Source of the DNA: Verrucomicrobiota bacterium
Lineage (GTDB): Bacteria; Verrucomicrobiota; Verrucomicrobiia; Verrucomicrobiales; Verrucomicrobiaceae
NCBI GenBank assembly: GCA_009885695.1
Contig: VFKE01000091.1
Span: 1,289 to 65,288 of the forward strand
Direction: 5' to 3'
DNA length: 64,000 nt
In this document: one piece after another, positions 62,302 to 64,000 of the stretch
Layout of the letters: every line of letters starts with the position of its first letter
How positions within the stretch are numbered: the stretch's first letter is position 1
The notes under the pieces: generated by a model
What the model saw: the letters and a program-made list of their open reading frames with translations, nothing else
What the model was told of the DNA's origin: nothing
Databases searched by the model: none
Position numbers and translations under genes: made by a program

Positions 62302-64000
62302 ATGACTTGCCAGGAAAACGGTCCAGTCAAACAACCAGGCGGGGCTGCGTCCTTCTGGCGGAGGACACTGCCCTTGTTTCTGATTGGGCTGGCGGGTCTG
62401 CTGGCGTATGCCAACAGTTTTCAAGGGGAGTTTATTAATGATGATGATGTGAGATCCATCAGGGACAACCCAACGATCCGCCAATTGTTCCCCTTGGGAC
62501 GGGTTCTGTTCCCGGAGAATAATGCCACGATGTGGTGCGCTACGGTGCAGGGGCGGCCTTTGTTGAATCTGAGTTTTGCTCTTAACTATGCCGCGGGTGG
62601 ATTGGAAGTGTGGGGCTATCATGCGGTGAATTTACTCGTGCATGTGCTCGCGGGCTTGACCCTTTACGGGATTGTGCGCCGGACGATGCTCCGGGTCGAG
62701 TCGTCGGGGCGTTTGGGTTCCGGGTCTGCACCGTGGCTGGCTCTGGTGGTGGCGTTGCTCTGGGTGGTGCATCCGCTGCAAACGGAATCGGTGACCTACA
62801 TGGTGCAGCGCGCGGAATCGCTGGTGGGCTTGCTCTATCTGCTCACGCTGTATTGTTTCATTCGTGGAGTGGACGGGGGGCGCTGGTGGCGGGCGGCGGC
62901 GGTGGCGCTCTGCGCGCTGGGGATGACGGCCAAGGAAGTCATGGTGAGCGCCCCGCTCGTGGTCTTGTTTTACGACCGGGTCTTTGTGGCCGGTTCCATC
63001 CGGCAGGCCTGGCGGGAGCGGCGGGGATTTTATCTGGCGCTGTTCTCCACCTGGACGCTGCTGGCAGCGTTGCATCTGAGAACGGGCGGTGCGAACCTGG
63101 ACGTCTTGAAGATGATGTTTTCGCCGGCGGGCGCACAGGGGCCTGCGGCGGAGCTCTTTCGAGGAAAGAGCTGGCTGGATTACGCGCTGACGCAGTTTGG
63201 AACGGTGGTGCATTACTTGCGCCTGTGTGTCTGGCCGCATCCATTGATTTTAGATTACGGCTCGGAAATGGCTCAGGGTTTCTGGGAGATTGTGCCGGCG
63301 GCGCTGATGGTGGCGCTGTTGCTCGCCGCCACGGTGCTGGGTCTGTGGCGAAGGCACTGGGCGGGATTTGCCGGGGCGTGGTTTTTTTTGATTTTGGCGC
63401 CGACAACCAGCGTGGTGCCGACGACTCAGACAGCGTGCGAGCATCGGATGTATCTGCCACTAGCCGCAGTGCTGGTGTTGCTGGTGGCGGGAGGGCATGC
63501 TGGGTGGCGCAGGCTGCAGGAGCGGGTGGCACGGGGCGGGAGAATCTCTACCCTGGCAGGCGGGGCGGTGCCTGGGCTGGTGGTGACTCTGATCTTGCTG
63601 GGACTAAGTGGACTGACGCTGCGGCGCAACGGGGATTACCGGACGGACTACACGATATGGCAGGACACGGTTCTGAAACGACCCGCCAATGCCAGAGCGC
63701 ACTGCAATCTCGGTTATGCTCTTTATCGAAATGGTCAACTGGACGAGGCTTTTGCCAATTTCCAAAAAGGGCTGGAAATTTGTCCGGATTACGCGGCAGC
63801 CCACAATAACCTTGGCAATGCCCTGCTGCAAAATGGGCGGGTGGACGAGGCAATCACCCATTACCAGAAAGCCTTGAAACTCGAACCGGATGATGCAGAA
63901 GCCCACAGTAATTTCGGCAATGCTCTGCTTCAAAAGGGCCAGGTGGACGATGCTATTGTTCATTGCCAGAAAGCTCTGGAACTCAAACCGGATTTTGCTG
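62302..64000 (+). CDS. TMTC-like GT-C membrane protein (DUF1736-type) with C-terminal TPR repeats; runs off the right edge
   Basis: Not in the ORF track because it has no stop in the window. Manual translation from the ATG at 62302 gives MTCQENGPVKQPGGAASFWRRTLPLFLIGLAGLLAYANSFQGEFINDDDVRSIRDNPTI... Multiple TM helices follow, then TPR units (AHCNLGYALYRNGQLDEAFANFQKGLEICPDYAAAHNNLGNALLQNGRVDEAITHYQKALKLEPDDAEAHSNFGNALLQKGQVDDAIVHCQKALELKPDFA). Confidence 0.8.
   Translation, partial: MTCQENGPVKQPGGAASFWRRTLPLFLIGLAGLLAYANSFQGEFINDDDVRSIRDNPTIRQLFPLGRVLFPENNATMWCATVQGRPLLNLSFALNYAAGGLEVWGYHAVNLLVHVLAGLTLYGIVRRTMLRVESSGRLGSGSAPWLALVVALLWVVHPLQTESVTYMVQRAESLVGLLYLLTLYCFIRGVDGGRWWRAAAVALCALGMTAKEVMVSAPLVVLFYDRVFVAGSIRQAWRERRGFYLALFSTWTLLAALHLRTGGANLDVLKMMFSPAGAQGPAAELFRGKSWLDYALTQFGTVVHYLRLCVWPHPLILDYGSEMAQGFWEIVPAALMVALLLAATVLGLWRRHWAGFAGAWFFLILAPTTSVVPTTQTACEHRMYLPLAAVLVLLVAGGHAGWRRLQERVARGGRISTLAGGAVPGLVVTLILLGLSGLTLRRNGDYRTDYTIWQDTVLKRPANARAHCNLGYALYRNGQLDEAFANFQKGLEICPDYAAAHNNLGNALLQNGRVDEAITHYQKALKLEPDDAEAHSNFGNALLQKGQVDDAIVHCQKALELKPDFA

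Noticed and set aside
62610-63809. 399-aa + strand track ORF (MGLSCGEFTRACARGLDPL...)
   Set aside because: It is out of frame with the manually translated TMTC-like gene starting at 62302, whose frame gives TM helices and canonical TPR repeats. The track ORF is Gly/Ala/Arg-rich junk.

Overview
GC-rich bacterial chromosomal window. EF-Tu beginning [25 protein letters not shown], a PEP-CTERM protein, giant TPR proteins and FGE-domain proteins suggest a PVC/Verrucomicrobiota-like organism (inference). There are three blocks. (1) Accessory region, 1-40.4 kb. It holds a 3878-aa filamentous-haemagglutinin-type TpsA exoprotein cotranscribed with a tandem FGE/SUMF1-domain protein and a membrane TPR protein. 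It also holds a PstS-like binding protein with repeat insertions, a PEP-CTERM protein, rarA, a LysM protein, a sugar-phosphate isomerase, an orphan PilT-like ATPase, and a 2069-aa secreted TPR protein with a coupled lipoprotein. An IS91-type transposase remnant follows. Then comes a tightly packed six-gene operon: TpsB (FhaC/ShlB type), a DUF2341-LamG-ExbB fusion, ExbD, a TonB-like protein, a 643-aa outer-membrane barrel and a periplasmic coiled-coil protein. (2) The conserved tRNA-Thr, tuf, tRNA-Trp, secE, nusG, rplKAJL, rpoBC block on the minus strand (40.7-53.9 kb). (3) TauE exporter, VapBC, argG, an NAD-type formate dehydrogenase operon (fused FdsG/B plus FdsA) interrupted by a VapD-type toxin module, and a TMTC-like membrane/TPR protein running off the right edge. 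Two edge-truncated genes (1..1556 minus, 62302..64000 plus) are missing from the ORF track and were found by manual translation. A dispersed 140-190 bp hairpin-rich repeat family and other GC-rich hairpin families populate the intergenic regions. The best candidate for an undescribed system is the TpsB-ExbB/ExbD/TonB-porin operon, together with the distant PdtA-like TpsA-FGE-TPR operon. All coordinates were derived by hand; domain calls rest on motif recognition, not searches.
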